From Elusimicrobiota bacterium (GTDB lineage Bacteria; Elusimicrobiota; Elusimicrobia; Elusimicrobiales; UBA9959), in the NCBI GenBank assembly GCA_019135865.1, contig JAGVVD010000052.1, forward strand, positions 13,011 to 77,010: DNA of 64,000 nt. The letters are read 5' to 3'. The notes beneath the pieces were generated by a model, which had not been told where the DNA came from, did not search any database, and was given only the letters and a program-made list of their open reading frames with translations. Shown here piece by piece: positions 8,955-17,145 of the stretch. Positions within the stretch are counted from its first letter, which is position 1. Each line of letters opens with the position of its first letter. A program made the translations under genes and the position numbers.

Positions 8955-9839
8955 ATGGCGGATATCATAGAAGGCAAGACCCTTTCCCGGTCCATCCTGG
9001 CCGAAGTCTCCTCCCGCGCGGCGGCGGCCGCCTCGGCGCTGGGCAGAAAGCCCTCGCTGGCGATAATAAACTACTACGCGGATTCCCCCTCGGCGATCTA
9101 CGTAAAGCGCAAGATGACCGCCTGCGCCGCGGCCGGCATAGAGACCCGCCTGCTGATGCCGGACGAGGCGAAAGGGAAGGAACATTTCTTCGGCCTGCTG
9201 CGGGAACTGGGCGCGGACGCCGGAACGGACGCCATAATGGTGGAGCGCCCGCTGCCCCCGGGCTTCGACGTGCCGGAAGCATGGGAGCTCCTGGACCCGG
9301 CCAAGGACCCCGACGCGCTCTCGACGCTCAATATGGGCCGTCTTTTCCTGGCCAAGACCTGGCGGGAAATAGAGGAAGGCGGATCCTTCGTGCCCTGCAC
9401 CGCCCTGGCCGTCGTGAAGATAATGCGGCACGCCGGCATAGACCCGTCGGGCAGGGAGATCGCCGTCGTGGGCCGCTCGGCCATAGTGGGCAGGCCGGCG
9501 GCGCACATGCTGACCTGCCTGGACGCGACCGTGACGCTCTGCCATTCGCGCACGAAGGACATAGCCGCCGTGCTGAAAAGGGCGGAGATCGTCGTCACCG
9601 CCATCGGGAAGGCCCTGTGGCTCAAGCCGGGGATGATAAGCCCCGGCGCGACCGTCATAGACGTCGGCACCAATATCGGCCCCGACGGGAAGATGTGCGG
9701 CGACGCGGACTTCGCGGCCCTGGCCGGGACGGCCGGCCGCATTACGCCGGTGCCCGGCGGGGTGGGACCGGTGACCCTGGCCTGCCTGCTGGAAGCGGCG
9801 GTGAAAGCCGCTGAAAAAAGGACGAGGGGGGAGAAATGA
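8955..9839 (+). CDS. folD: Methylenetetrahydrofolate dehydrogenase/cyclohydrolase
   Basis: IIEGK, SAIYVKRK, KDPD, PCT, VVGRSAIVGRP, TVTLCHSRT, VIDVG and ITPVPGGVGPVT motifs. Confidence 0.95.
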   Translation: MADIIEGKTLSRSILAEVSSRAAAAASALGRKPSLAIINYYADSPSAIYVKRKMTACAAAGIETRLLMPDEAKGKEHFFGLLRELGADAGTDAIMVERPLPPGFDVPEAWELLDPAKDPDALSTLNMGRLFLAKTWREIEEGGSFVPCTALAVVKIMRHAGIDPSGREIAVVGRSAIVGRPAAHMLTCLDATVTLCHSRTKDIAAVLKRAEIVVTAIGKALWLKPGMISPGATVIDVGTNIGPDGKMCGDADFAALAGTAGRITPVPGGVGPVTLACLLEAAVKAAEKRTRGEK

Positions 9840-10333
9840 AGGGAACCATACTGTTCGCGGCGGCCGCGCTGCTGCTGGCGGTCCGGTCCGCCGCGGCGGA
9901 GGCGGACCTCTCGCTGCCGGCCGACAAGAAGATCGTGAGGACGACCGGGGAAAGTCCGGCGGACGCGCCGGCGCCCGCGGAGCCGAAGAAAAGGACGGCG
10001 AAAAAAAAGAAAAAGTCCGGCTACAAGTTCGAGGCGCAGGAGAAGCACCAGTACAAATACGACCAGAACGGCAAGCCGCTGACCGGCAAGAAAAAAGCCT
10101 CCTCCAAAAAGAAGTCCGCCGCCAAGAAAGGCGACGCCGGCTACAAATTCAAGCACCAGGAAAAGGCCTCCTCGTACAAGTTCGACGAGGAGGCCAACCC
10201 GATCGGCAAGGCCGCGGCCAAAAAAGCCGCGCCGAAGAAACCGGCGGCCAGGACGAAGAAAAAAGAGGAGCCGCCGCCCTACGACGATTCCCTCTCCGTG
10301 GACAAGAAGGTCATAAGCCTGGAGGGGGAATAA
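9836..10333 (+). CDS. Secreted Lys/Ala-rich hypothetical protein with two GYKF..QEK..YK(Y/F)D repeats
   Basis: Signal peptide. Translationally coupled to folD (ATGA) and to the downstream GNAT gene (TAATG). Confidence 0.7.
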   Translation: MKGTILFAAAALLLAVRSAAAEADLSLPADKKIVRTTGESPADAPAPAEPKKRTAKKKKKSGYKFEAQEKHQYKYDQNGKPLTGKKKASSKKKSAAKKGDAGYKFKHQEKASSYKFDEEANPIGKAAAKKAAPKKPAARTKKKEEPPPYDDSLSVDKKVISLEGE

Positions 10334-10821
10334 TGGCCGACCTGCTGGTCAAGCTTTACGAAGTCCCGCCGTCCGCGGCCGCCGTCGGGGCGCTGGCGCG
10401 CGAGGGGGTGGAGATACGCCGGGCCATAGGGCCCGAGAAGCACGCGGTGGTGGAATGGGCGGAAGAGAAATTTTCGCGGGCCTGGGCCGCGGAATGCGAC
10501 GTGGCCATGTCCGCCCAGCCGGTCACCTGCTTCATCGCCGTGAAGGAAGGAAAGCTCCTGGGCTTCGCCTGCTACGATTCCACGCTCAAGGGGTTCTTCG
10601 GCCCGATAGGAGTGGACCCGGACTCGCACAAGAAGGGGCTGGGCAAAGCCCTGCTGCTGCGCGCGCTCGAGGCAATGCGGGACGCCGGCTACGGCTACGC
10701 GGCCATAGGCTGGGCCGGGCCCGTGGACTTCTTCAAAAAGACCGTCGGCGCCGTGGTCATAGAGGGCTCCGAGCCCGGCGTCTACCGCAACCTGGTGAAA
10801 GCCGGCCCCAAGGGAAAATGA
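10333..10821 (+). CDS. GNAT family N-acetyltransferase
   Basis: FGPIGVDPDSHKKGLGKALL acetyl-CoA-binding motif A. Confidence 0.85.
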   Translation: MADLLVKLYEVPPSAAAVGALAREGVEIRRAIGPEKHAVVEWAEEKFSRAWAAECDVAMSAQPVTCFIAVKEGKLLGFACYDSTLKGFFGPIGVDPDSHKKGLGKALLLRALEAMRDAGYGYAAIGWAGPVDFFKKTVGAVVIEGSEPGVYRNLVKAGPKGK

Positions 10822-11585
10822 AGGTCCCCCGCGAGTGGCATAAGAGCTTCTTCGTTAATTCCTTCTACAACCCGGCCGGCGAGCTCGCCGTCGCCAGGGC
10901 CCGGCCCGAGGCGGCCTTCGTCCTCAAAAAGCTGAAGCTGGAGAAAGGCTCGTCGCTGCTCGACCTGTGCTGCGGGCCGGGCCGCCACGCCGTGGAATTC
11001 GCGCGCCGGGGGATGAAGGTCACCGGGCTGGACTATTCCGCCGAATATCTCCGCGAAGCGGAGACCCGGGCTAAAAATAAAAAGGTCCCGCTGCGGCTGG
11101 TCCGCGGCGACATGCGCCGGATACCTTTCAGGGGAGAGTTCGACGCCGCCGTGAACCTCTTCACCAGCTTCGGCTATTTCCCCGGCTTCTCCGACGATAT
11201 AAGGACGCTCAAAGGCGTGGCCCGGGCGCTGAAGCCCGGCGGGGTGTTCCTTATAGACGTGGTGAACGGCGCCCTCGTCAGGAAGAATTTCAGTCCCCGC
11301 GGCTGGTTCCGCCTGAAAAGCGGAGGCTGGCATCTGGAAGAGAACGTCCTGACCCGGGACGGCTGCTTCAACGAATGGACGCGGATAAAGCCCGGCGGCA
11401 AGGCCGTCACGAAAAGGTTCTTCAACCGGCTCTACGACAAGCGGCGGCTCTCGGACGCCCTGCTCAAAGCCGGGCTGAAACCGCTGGCTTTCTGGGGCGG
11501 GTTCGGCGGGGAAAGGTCTTCGAAGGACCGGAACCGGCTGATCTGCCTGGCCCGGCGGGCTAAACCCCGCCGGCCTCCGAAATAA
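10818..11585 (+). CDS. Class I SAM-dependent methyltransferase
   Basis: LLDLCCGPGRH, TGLDYS, RGDMRRI, NLFTSFGYF and LKPGGVFLID. ATG 10818 overlaps the GNAT stop. Confidence 0.9.
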   Translation: MKVPREWHKSFFVNSFYNPAGELAVARARPEAAFVLKKLKLEKGSSLLDLCCGPGRHAVEFARRGMKVTGLDYSAEYLREAETRAKNKKVPLRLVRGDMRRIPFRGEFDAAVNLFTSFGYFPGFSDDIRTLKGVARALKPGGVFLIDVVNGALVRKNFSPRGWFRLKSGGWHLEENVLTRDGCFNEWTRIKPGGKAVTKRFFNRLYDKRRLSDALLKAGLKPLAFWGGFGGERSSKDRNRLICLARRAKPRRPPK

Positions 11586-11946
11586 CGGCCCGCACTTCCG
11601 CGGCTATCGTCTCCACGCTCTGCATCTTCGAAAGGACGCGCTTCACCTGCGGGAAAACGGAAAGGTCCTCGCGGCTGATGGTGTTGAAATGAGTGGCCGT
11701 GACTATGACCACCGGGATGCGCGCGAGCTCCGGGCGCCTGGCCAGTTCCCTTATCATCTGCACGCCGTCCAGTTCCGGCATCCCTACGTCGGAGACCACC
11801 GCCGCGGGCGGCCTTTCCAGGCAGAGCGCAAGGCCCTGCAGGCCGCTGTGCCCGACGGAGATCTCGAACTCCTCCTCCAGGGCCGCGGCCAGCAGCTCGG
11901 CGAACATCTCGTTATCGTCCAGGACGACTATCCTCGGGCGGCTCAT
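11560..11946 (-). CDS. Single-domain response regulator (receiver only)
   Basis: VVLDDNE, VVSDVGMPELDG, IPVVIVT and VLSK receiver motifs. Start ATG 11946. Confidence 0.85.
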   Translation of the reverse strand: MSRPRIVVLDDNEMFAELLAAALEEEFEISVGHSGLQGLALCLERPPAAVVSDVGMPELDGVQMIRELARRPELARIPVVIVTATHFNTISREDLSVFPQVKRVLSKMQSVETIAAEVRAVISEAGGV

Positions 11947-11967
11947 GCGTAAAGTATACAAAAAGGC

Positions 11968-12990
11968 TCAGCGCCGCCCGCGGGCCGCCAACTGCCCGCA
12001 GGCGGCCGATATATCCGGCCCCTTTTCGAGCCGCAGGTAGGTCCTCACCCCGGAGGCGATCATGGCCTTCTGGAAAGCCTTCACCGCCCGCGTCACGCCG
12101 GCCCCCGGACCCCCGGGCGGGTTATGGGGGATGAGGTTCAGGCGGCATGGGATATCCTTTATCAGCCCGGCCAGGCGGGCGGCGTCCTCCGCGGAATCGT
12201 TCACGCCGTCGAAAACGATGTACTCGAAAAAGACCTGGGCGCGCCGGGCCGCGCAATAGCCTCGCGCCGCCGCGAGCACTTCGCGCAGCGGCCAGCGGGC
12301 CTCCATCGGCACCAGCCGCGCGCGCAGCTTCTCGTCCGCCGCCACCAGGGACACCGCCAGCCTGAGCTTCAGCGGCGAGCCGGCGAGCTCCCTTATCACG
12401 GGGACCACCCCGACGGTGGAGACCGTCATTCTGCTCTGCGGGAAGCCGTGGCCTGCGTCGTCGGAGAGTATCAGCACGGCTTTCCTGAGGTTCTCCCAGT
12501 TCAGGAAAGGCTCGCCCATCCCCATGAAGACCAGACTGGAGAGCGGGCTCCCCGCCTCGCGCCGGCAGGCCTCGTACTGCGCGACGATCTCCGAGGGGCG
12601 CAGGTCCCTCACCAGGCCCATCGCGCCGGTGGCGCAGAAAGAGCAGCCGCAGGCGCAGCCCGACTGCGAGGAGATGCAGGCGGAGAGGCGGCCTTTGCCC
12701 GGCAGCACCACGCTCTCGGCCGGCGCTCCGCCCTCGAAGGAGAAGAGCAGCTTGCGGGTGCCGTCCGCCGCCGAGACGAAGACCTCCGGCGCGGCCGCCG
12801 GCGCCAGGGAAAAACATTCCGCCAGCCGGCGGCGCAGCCGCGCCGGGACGCCGGAGAGACCGGCGAAGGACCCGGCCCCTTCCCTGTACAGGGCGGAGAA
12901 CGCCGCGGCGGCGTGGACGGGTTTCTCGCCGAGACGGACGAGGGCGTCTTCCAGTTCCGCCCGGGTCAGGTCCTTTATTCCGGGTTTCAT
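11968..12990 (-). CDS. rlmN: 23S rRNA m2A2503 methyltransferase RlmN (radical SAM)
   Basis: DGTRKLL, CISSQSGCACGCSFCATG, FMGMGEPFLN, LNLIPHN and DISAACGQL motifs. Confidence 0.9.
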   Translation of the reverse strand: MKPGIKDLTRAELEDALVRLGEKPVHAAAAFSALYREGAGSFAGLSGVPARLRRRLAECFSLAPAAAPEVFVSAADGTRKLLFSFEGGAPAESVVLPGKGRLSACISSQSGCACGCSFCATGAMGLVRDLRPSEIVAQYEACRREAGSPLSSLVFMGMGEPFLNWENLRKAVLILSDDAGHGFPQSRMTVSTVGVVPVIRELAGSPLKLRLAVSLVAADEKLRARLVPMEARWPLREVLAAARGYCAARRAQVFFEYIVFDGVNDSAEDAARLAGLIKDIPCRLNLIPHNPPGGPGAGVTRAVKAFQKAMIASGVRTYLRLEKGPDISAACGQLAARGRR

Positions 12991-13031
12991 TCCTTTCTAT
13001 GTTACAAAATAGCCGCCCCCCGGGCCGGCGC

Positions 13032-13051
13032 GATTTAACAAAGATTTAACA
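13032..13051. promoter_or_regulatory. 11-bp-period direct repeat, OmpR/PhoB-family operator-like (TGTTAA-N5-TGTTAA on the minus strand)
   Basis: GATTTAACA at 13032-13040 and 13043-13051, lying just upstream of TTGCCT (13061)-N17-TAAACT (13084). Confidence 0.55.
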
Positions 13052-13107
13052 CGCAGGACATTGCCTTGTACGCGCCCGGCGGTTAAACTATACCCGGGAG
13101 AGACCTT

Positions 13108-13551
13108 ATGCGGATAACAGCGATGCTGCTCGCCATTATGACGGTCCTGGCCGCGCCCGGCGCGGCGGAGTTCTATTCCGTCACCTCTAAAATGGCCAAT
13201 GTCAGGAGCGGGCCGGGGGGCGCCAACGAATCCCTCTGGCAGGTGCTGCGCTACGCGCCTTTCGAGGTGCTGGGCCGCAGCGGGGCGTGGACGCACGTCC
13301 GCGACTACGAAGGGGACGAAGGCTGGGTGCACGGTTCCGTACTGTCCAAGGTCCGCGCCGTGGCGGTAAAGACGGAAAAGGCCAATCTGCGCGAAACGCC
13401 CGGCGGCGAGATCACCTGGGTGCTGGACCGGGGCTATCCGATGAAACTGCTCAAGACCGAAGGCAACTGGGTGCAGGTGAGCGACGGCGAGACCACCGGC
13501 TGGCTGCACAGGAGCGTGGTCTGGGGCCTGGAGGAAGACGAGGACGGCTAA
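13108..13551 (+). CDS. Secreted tandem bacterial SH3 domain protein
   Basis: Signal peptide followed by two SH3b-like units: ANVRSGPG...W..V.DYEGDEGWVH and ANLRETPG...NWVQVSDGETTGWLH. Confidence 0.85.
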   Translation: MRITAMLLAIMTVLAAPGAAEFYSVTSKMANVRSGPGGANESLWQVLRYAPFEVLGRSGAWTHVRDYEGDEGWVHGSVLSKVRAVAVKTEKANLRETPGGEITWVLDRGYPMKLLKTEGNWVQVSDGETTGWLHRSVVWGLEEDEDG

Positions 13552-14555
13552 GCCGCCAGTTCGAACATCCTGTCTATCGCGACGCGTGCCCGCCCGGCTA
13601 TACCGGCGGGCACGGTCACTTCCGGGGGGGCCGGGTCCCTCAGCAGGGCCAGCACGCTTTCGAGCGTTATTGACTTCATGTAGGGACAGAGCCGGCACAT
13701 GCCGATGAAATTCTTCTCCGGGAAGCGCAGCCGCGCCAGTTCGCCGAAGCCGCATTCCGTCACCAGCAGGTAGGCCGGCGCGTTCGTGCTTTCCACGTAG
13801 CGCATCATATCGCCCGTCCCGCCCATGAAATCCACGGCCTTTATCAGCTCCGACGGGCATTCGGCGTGGGCCAGCGCCGCCAGTCCCGGCCAGCGCTCCC
13901 TGTATATCTTTATCAGCCCCGGGTCGAACTTCTCGTGCACCACGCAGGACCCGTTCCAGAGCACGATGTCCTTCCCGGGCGTCTTTCCCAGTTCGCGCGC
14001 CAGGTTGGCCCCCATGAACCTGTCCGGCAGGAATATCACCTTGTCGTGGTCCCGGTAGATGCGCCGGAGTATCTTCGCCGCGTTGGCGCTGGTCACTATG
14101 CAGTCGGATTCCGATTTTACTTCGGCGGTGGTGTTGATATAGGTGACCACCGGGGCGCCGGGATGCTCCGCCTTCAGCCGCCTGACGTCGGCGGCGGTCA
14201 CCCCCTCGCTCAGCGAGCAGCCGGCGTTGGAGGAGGGAACATGGACCTTCTTGGAGGGATTGAGGATCTTGGCCGTCTCGGCCATGAAATGCACGCCGCA
14301 GAACACTATCGCGTCGGCGTCGGTGCGCCGGCAGTCGTCGGCCAGCTTGTAGGAATCGCCTGCGAAGTCGCCTATCCCCAGGATTATCTCGGGCGACTGA
14401 TAGACGTGAGCGGCTATCACCGCGCGGCGCTCCTTCTTGAGCCTGTTTATCTCCAGCGTCAGGGCGGCGGCCCTCTCCAGGCCGCCCGCCACGCAGCGCC
14501 TGTCCAGGCCGGCGGCCGTCAGGCGCCGCACCTCGTCCTTCAGGTCCGGGGTCAC
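13548..14555 (-). CDS. nadA: Quinolinate synthase
   Basis: AHVYQ, GDSYKL, FCGVHFMAETAKILNP, AGCSL, VTYINT, CIVTSANA, CVVHE, HAEC and CPYMKSI motifs. Confidence 0.95.
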   Translation of the reverse strand: MTPDLKDEVRRLTAAGLDRRCVAGGLERAAALTLEINRLKKERRAVIAAHVYQSPEIILGIGDFAGDSYKLADDCRRTDADAIVFCGVHFMAETAKILNPSKKVHVPSSNAGCSLSEGVTAADVRRLKAEHPGAPVVTYINTTAEVKSESDCIVTSANAAKILRRIYRDHDKVIFLPDRFMGANLARELGKTPGKDIVLWNGSCVVHEKFDPGLIKIYRERWPGLAALAHAECPSELIKAVDFMGGTGDMMRYVESTNAPAYLLVTECGFGELARLRFPEKNFIGMCRLCPYMKSITLESVLALLRDPAPPEVTVPAGIAGRARVAIDRMFELAA

Positions 14556-15280
14556 GCTTCCCTCCCCATGATATCGGGATAATTGCTGAAGATCCCGTCG
14601 ACGCCGATCTCCTCCATGCGCAGCGCGTCCTTCCGGGAATTGACCGTGTAGACGCAGACCGAGAACCCCGCTTTTTTCAGCAGCGCGATATTGGGCCGGA
14701 ACGCGATGCGCAGCGCCAGGTGGAAGTTCTCCGCCCTCACCGCGCGGGCCTTCAGGACGGCGGGGGCCAGCAGCAGTTCGCTCAGCCCGTGGCCCAGCCA
14801 GCCCAGCCTCAGTTCCGGGGAAAGCGCCCGGAAGCGGCGCAGCGTGTCGTGGTCGAAGCTGGAGACCAGCGACTTCCCGAAAAGTCCGGGGCGGGAATTC
14901 AGCGCCGCCAGGAGCTCCGACTCTATGCCGGGGTAGACGCCCCCGTCGTTCTTCACTTCGAAATTTATCCAGTCCGCGGCCGGCCCGACCAGGTCCAGGA
15001 CCTCTTCCAGCAGCGGAACGCGCTGAAATGCCGGATCGGCCGCGAAATGCGCGGCCGCGTTGAGGCGGGAGAGTTCCGCGTAGTCCAGTTCCGCTATCCT
15101 CGCCGGCGAGCCCGCCGTACGGGAGAGGTCGTAGTCGTGGTGAACGACCAGCCTGCCGTCGCGGGTGCGGTGGACGTCGAACTCGAAGTCGCGCGAGCCC
15201 GTCTTCACGGCCAGTTCGAAGGCCTTGAGCGTGTTCTCCGGGGCGTAGCCGGAAGCGCCGCGGTGGGAGATGATCCTCAT
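14552..15280 (-). CDS. Glycerophosphodiester phosphodiesterase
   Basis: ISHRGASGYAPENTL, EFDVHRTRDG, VHHD, NFEVK, SSFDH, YTVN and DGIFSNYP motifs. Start ATG 15280. Confidence 0.92.
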   Translation of the reverse strand: MRIISHRGASGYAPENTLKAFELAVKTGSRDFEFDVHRTRDGRLVVHHDYDLSRTAGSPARIAELDYAELSRLNAAAHFAADPAFQRVPLLEEVLDLVGPAADWINFEVKNDGGVYPGIESELLAALNSRPGLFGKSLVSSFDHDTLRRFRALSPELRLGWLGHGLSELLLAPAVLKARAVRAENFHLALRIAFRPNIALLKKAGFSVCVYTVNSRKDALRMEEIGVDGIFSNYPDIMGREA

Positions 15281-16116
15281 GACCAGTACTTCCCCAGCCA
15301 GCCGAAATCGGCCTCGTCGTGGTCGAAGCCGCTCAGTTCCTCCCGGCCGGTGCCCGGGCCGTGGAAGTCGGTGCCGGCCGTGACCCCGAGGCCGTAGCGC
15401 CGGGCGAGCTCCAGGAACTCGCCCGTCTTGCACACGGTGTGCGAAGGATAGAAAGCCTCCAGCCCGTCGAGGCCCATGTCCTTCCAGGCGCCGAGGTCCA
15501 GCACTTTCTCCACCACGCCGGGATGAGCGATAACGGCGGCCCCGCCCGCGGCTTTTATCGCCTTTATGGCTTCCTCCATGTCGGGACCCCGCGGCGGGAC
15601 ATAGGCCGGGCAGCCGTAGCCGATGTATTTCTCGAAAGCCTGCTTGCGGTTCCTGACGAAACGGCGCTCTTCCATCAGGTCGGCCAGGTGCGGGCGGCCG
15701 TAGGTCCTGGCGGCGGACGCTCCGGCGGCGGCAGGCGGCGGACCGGCGGCTTCCAGGTCGGCCAGCGTCGCCGAAAAGCCCAGCGGGCGCAGCAGCGCGA
15801 GTATCTCCTCCATGCGGGAGAGGCGGCGGCGGCGGAACTCTTCCAGCGCGGCCGCGAGGGCCGGGCTTTCCGGGTCCACGCCGTAGCCCAGCACGTGCAG
15901 GCTGTCGTGCAGGCGGGTGCTCAGCTCCACCCCGCGGCACCAGCGCAGGCCGCGCGCGGAAAGCAGCGGCCCCAGTCCGCGCCAGCCGGCCGTATTGTCG
16001 TGGTCGGTAAGGGAAAAATAGTTCACCCCCGCGGCGGCCGCCGCCGCGGCCAGCTTCTCCGGCGGCAGGGTGCCGTCGGAGAAGCTGGAGTGGGTGTGCA
16101 GGTTTATAAGGGGCAT
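15277..16116 (-). CDS. PHP domain phosphoesterase (TrpH/YciV-like)
   Basis: NLHTHSSFSDG, LTDHD, GVELS, HVLGY, GRPHLA, IAHP and GTDFHG motifs. Confidence 0.9.
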   Translation of the reverse strand: MPLINLHTHSSFSDGTLPPEKLAAAAAAAGVNYFSLTDHDNTAGWRGLGPLLSARGLRWCRGVELSTRLHDSLHVLGYGVDPESPALAAALEEFRRRRLSRMEEILALLRPLGFSATLADLEAAGPPPAAAGASAARTYGRPHLADLMEERRFVRNRKQAFEKYIGYGCPAYVPPRGPDMEEAIKAIKAAGGAAVIAHPGVVEKVLDLGAWKDMGLDGLEAFYPSHTVCKTGEFLELARRYGLGVTAGTDFHGPGTGREELSGFDHDEADFGWLGKYWS

Positions 16117-16195
16117 GGTCTCCGCCGGGGACCCGCGGGCCGGATCGGGGCGGCTCTTGCCCCGGACGGCGCCCGGGGCTCTGTGACGGGCCGGG

Positions 16196-16420
16196 TCAGC
16201 CTACGGTGACTTCCTTGACCTCGGGGACCTCTTCGCGCACCATGCGCTCCACGACGCCCTTGAGCGTCATGGCCGCGTGCGGGCAGCAGCCGCAGGCGCC
16301 GGTCAGGCGCACGGTGACGACGCCTTTCTTCTCGTCCACGGAGAGCAGCTCCACGGAGCCGCCGTCGGCCGCCAGTATCGGCTTTATCTTCTCTATCACT
16401 TTAGCGACTTTGTCTTTCAT
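16196..16420 (-). CDS. NifU C-terminal/Nfu-type Fe-S carrier
   Basis: IKPILAADGGSVEL...VRLTGACGCCPHAAMTLKGVVE. ATG 16420 follows a GGAG SD. Confidence 0.9.
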   Translation of the reverse strand: MKDKVAKVIEKIKPILAADGGSVELLSVDEKKGVVTVRLTGACGCCPHAAMTLKGVVERMVREEVPEVKEVTVG

Positions 16421-16626
16421 TTTCTTCTCCTTCAACCCTTGCCTAAATTATAGCAATTGGGCCGGAGCAGGGCGGCACTTGTCCTCGCCTTGCGGGGATT
16501 GCCGCAGTCGGTGCCCGGAGCTCTGCGACGGGCCGGAGGTCCCGTCCCGGGCGGGGGCCTTTTCCGCCCCGGCCCTGGGCCCCCGGGCACTGACCTCCCG
16601 GCCCGGAGCGGGGTATACTTTACTGT

Positions 16627-17145
16627 ATGGCTGAAAAAGGCGAAGGATTTAAAAAGACGTTCAAGCCGGCGCAGGGGTCCGGCGACGGAGGGATGACGGA
16701 CCTGCTCTGCGGACGGCGGGTACCCAAGACCGACCGGCGGATAAAGACCAATGCCCTGATAGACGAGCTCTCCTGCCTGCTGGGACTGGTCAAGGCCGGG
16801 GGATTCGAAAAGGCCGCCTTGTCCGGGGCGCAGAAGGCTCTCTCCGCCGCCGCCGCCGATATCGCCGGCCTGCGCAAAGCCGGGGAACTGGCAAGGTTCA
16901 CCGCGGACATGGAAGAGGCCGCCGCGGAACTGTCGCGGCGGATAAAGCCTCCTTCAAAATTCGTCCTGCCCGGCGGGAACGCGACGGAGGCCGTGCTGCA
17001 CCTGGCGCGGGCGAAGGCGCGCGTCTGCGAGATCCTGTGCTGGGAACTTAATGCGAAAGGGCCGGCCGTCCTGCTCAACAGGCTGTCCGACCAACTCTTC
17101 CTGCTGGCGCTGCTCGCCGGCGGTAAGCGCGGGGGTAAAAAATGA
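16627..17145 (+). CDS. PduO-type cob(I)alamin adenosyltransferase-like protein (divergent)
   Basis: GDGGMTDL, RVPKTDRRI, IDELSC, FVLPGG, LHLARA and LNRLSDQLF motifs. Confidence 0.75.
   Translation: MAEKGEGFKKTFKPAQGSGDGGMTDLLCGRRVPKTDRRIKTNALIDELSCLLGLVKAGGFEKAALSGAQKALSAAAADIAGLRKAGELARFTADMEEAAAELSRRIKPPSKFVLPGGNATEAVLHLARAKARVCEILCWELNAKGPAVLLNRLSDQLFLLALLAGGKRGGKK

Noticed and set aside
11968-12990. Second radical SAM gene as a Cfr-type resistance enzyme or a peptide maturase
   Set aside because: The motifs (MGMGEP, C-terminal AACGQL) fit a housekeeping RlmN. There is no SPASM domain and no mobile context.
16456-16626. Cobalamin riboswitch upstream of the PduO-like gene
   Set aside because: The context is attractive and GCACTG is present, but the core GGGAA...GGTGNAANTCC and B12-box elements are missing. 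The gene's own -10 box also lies 7 nt before its ATG, leaving no leader.
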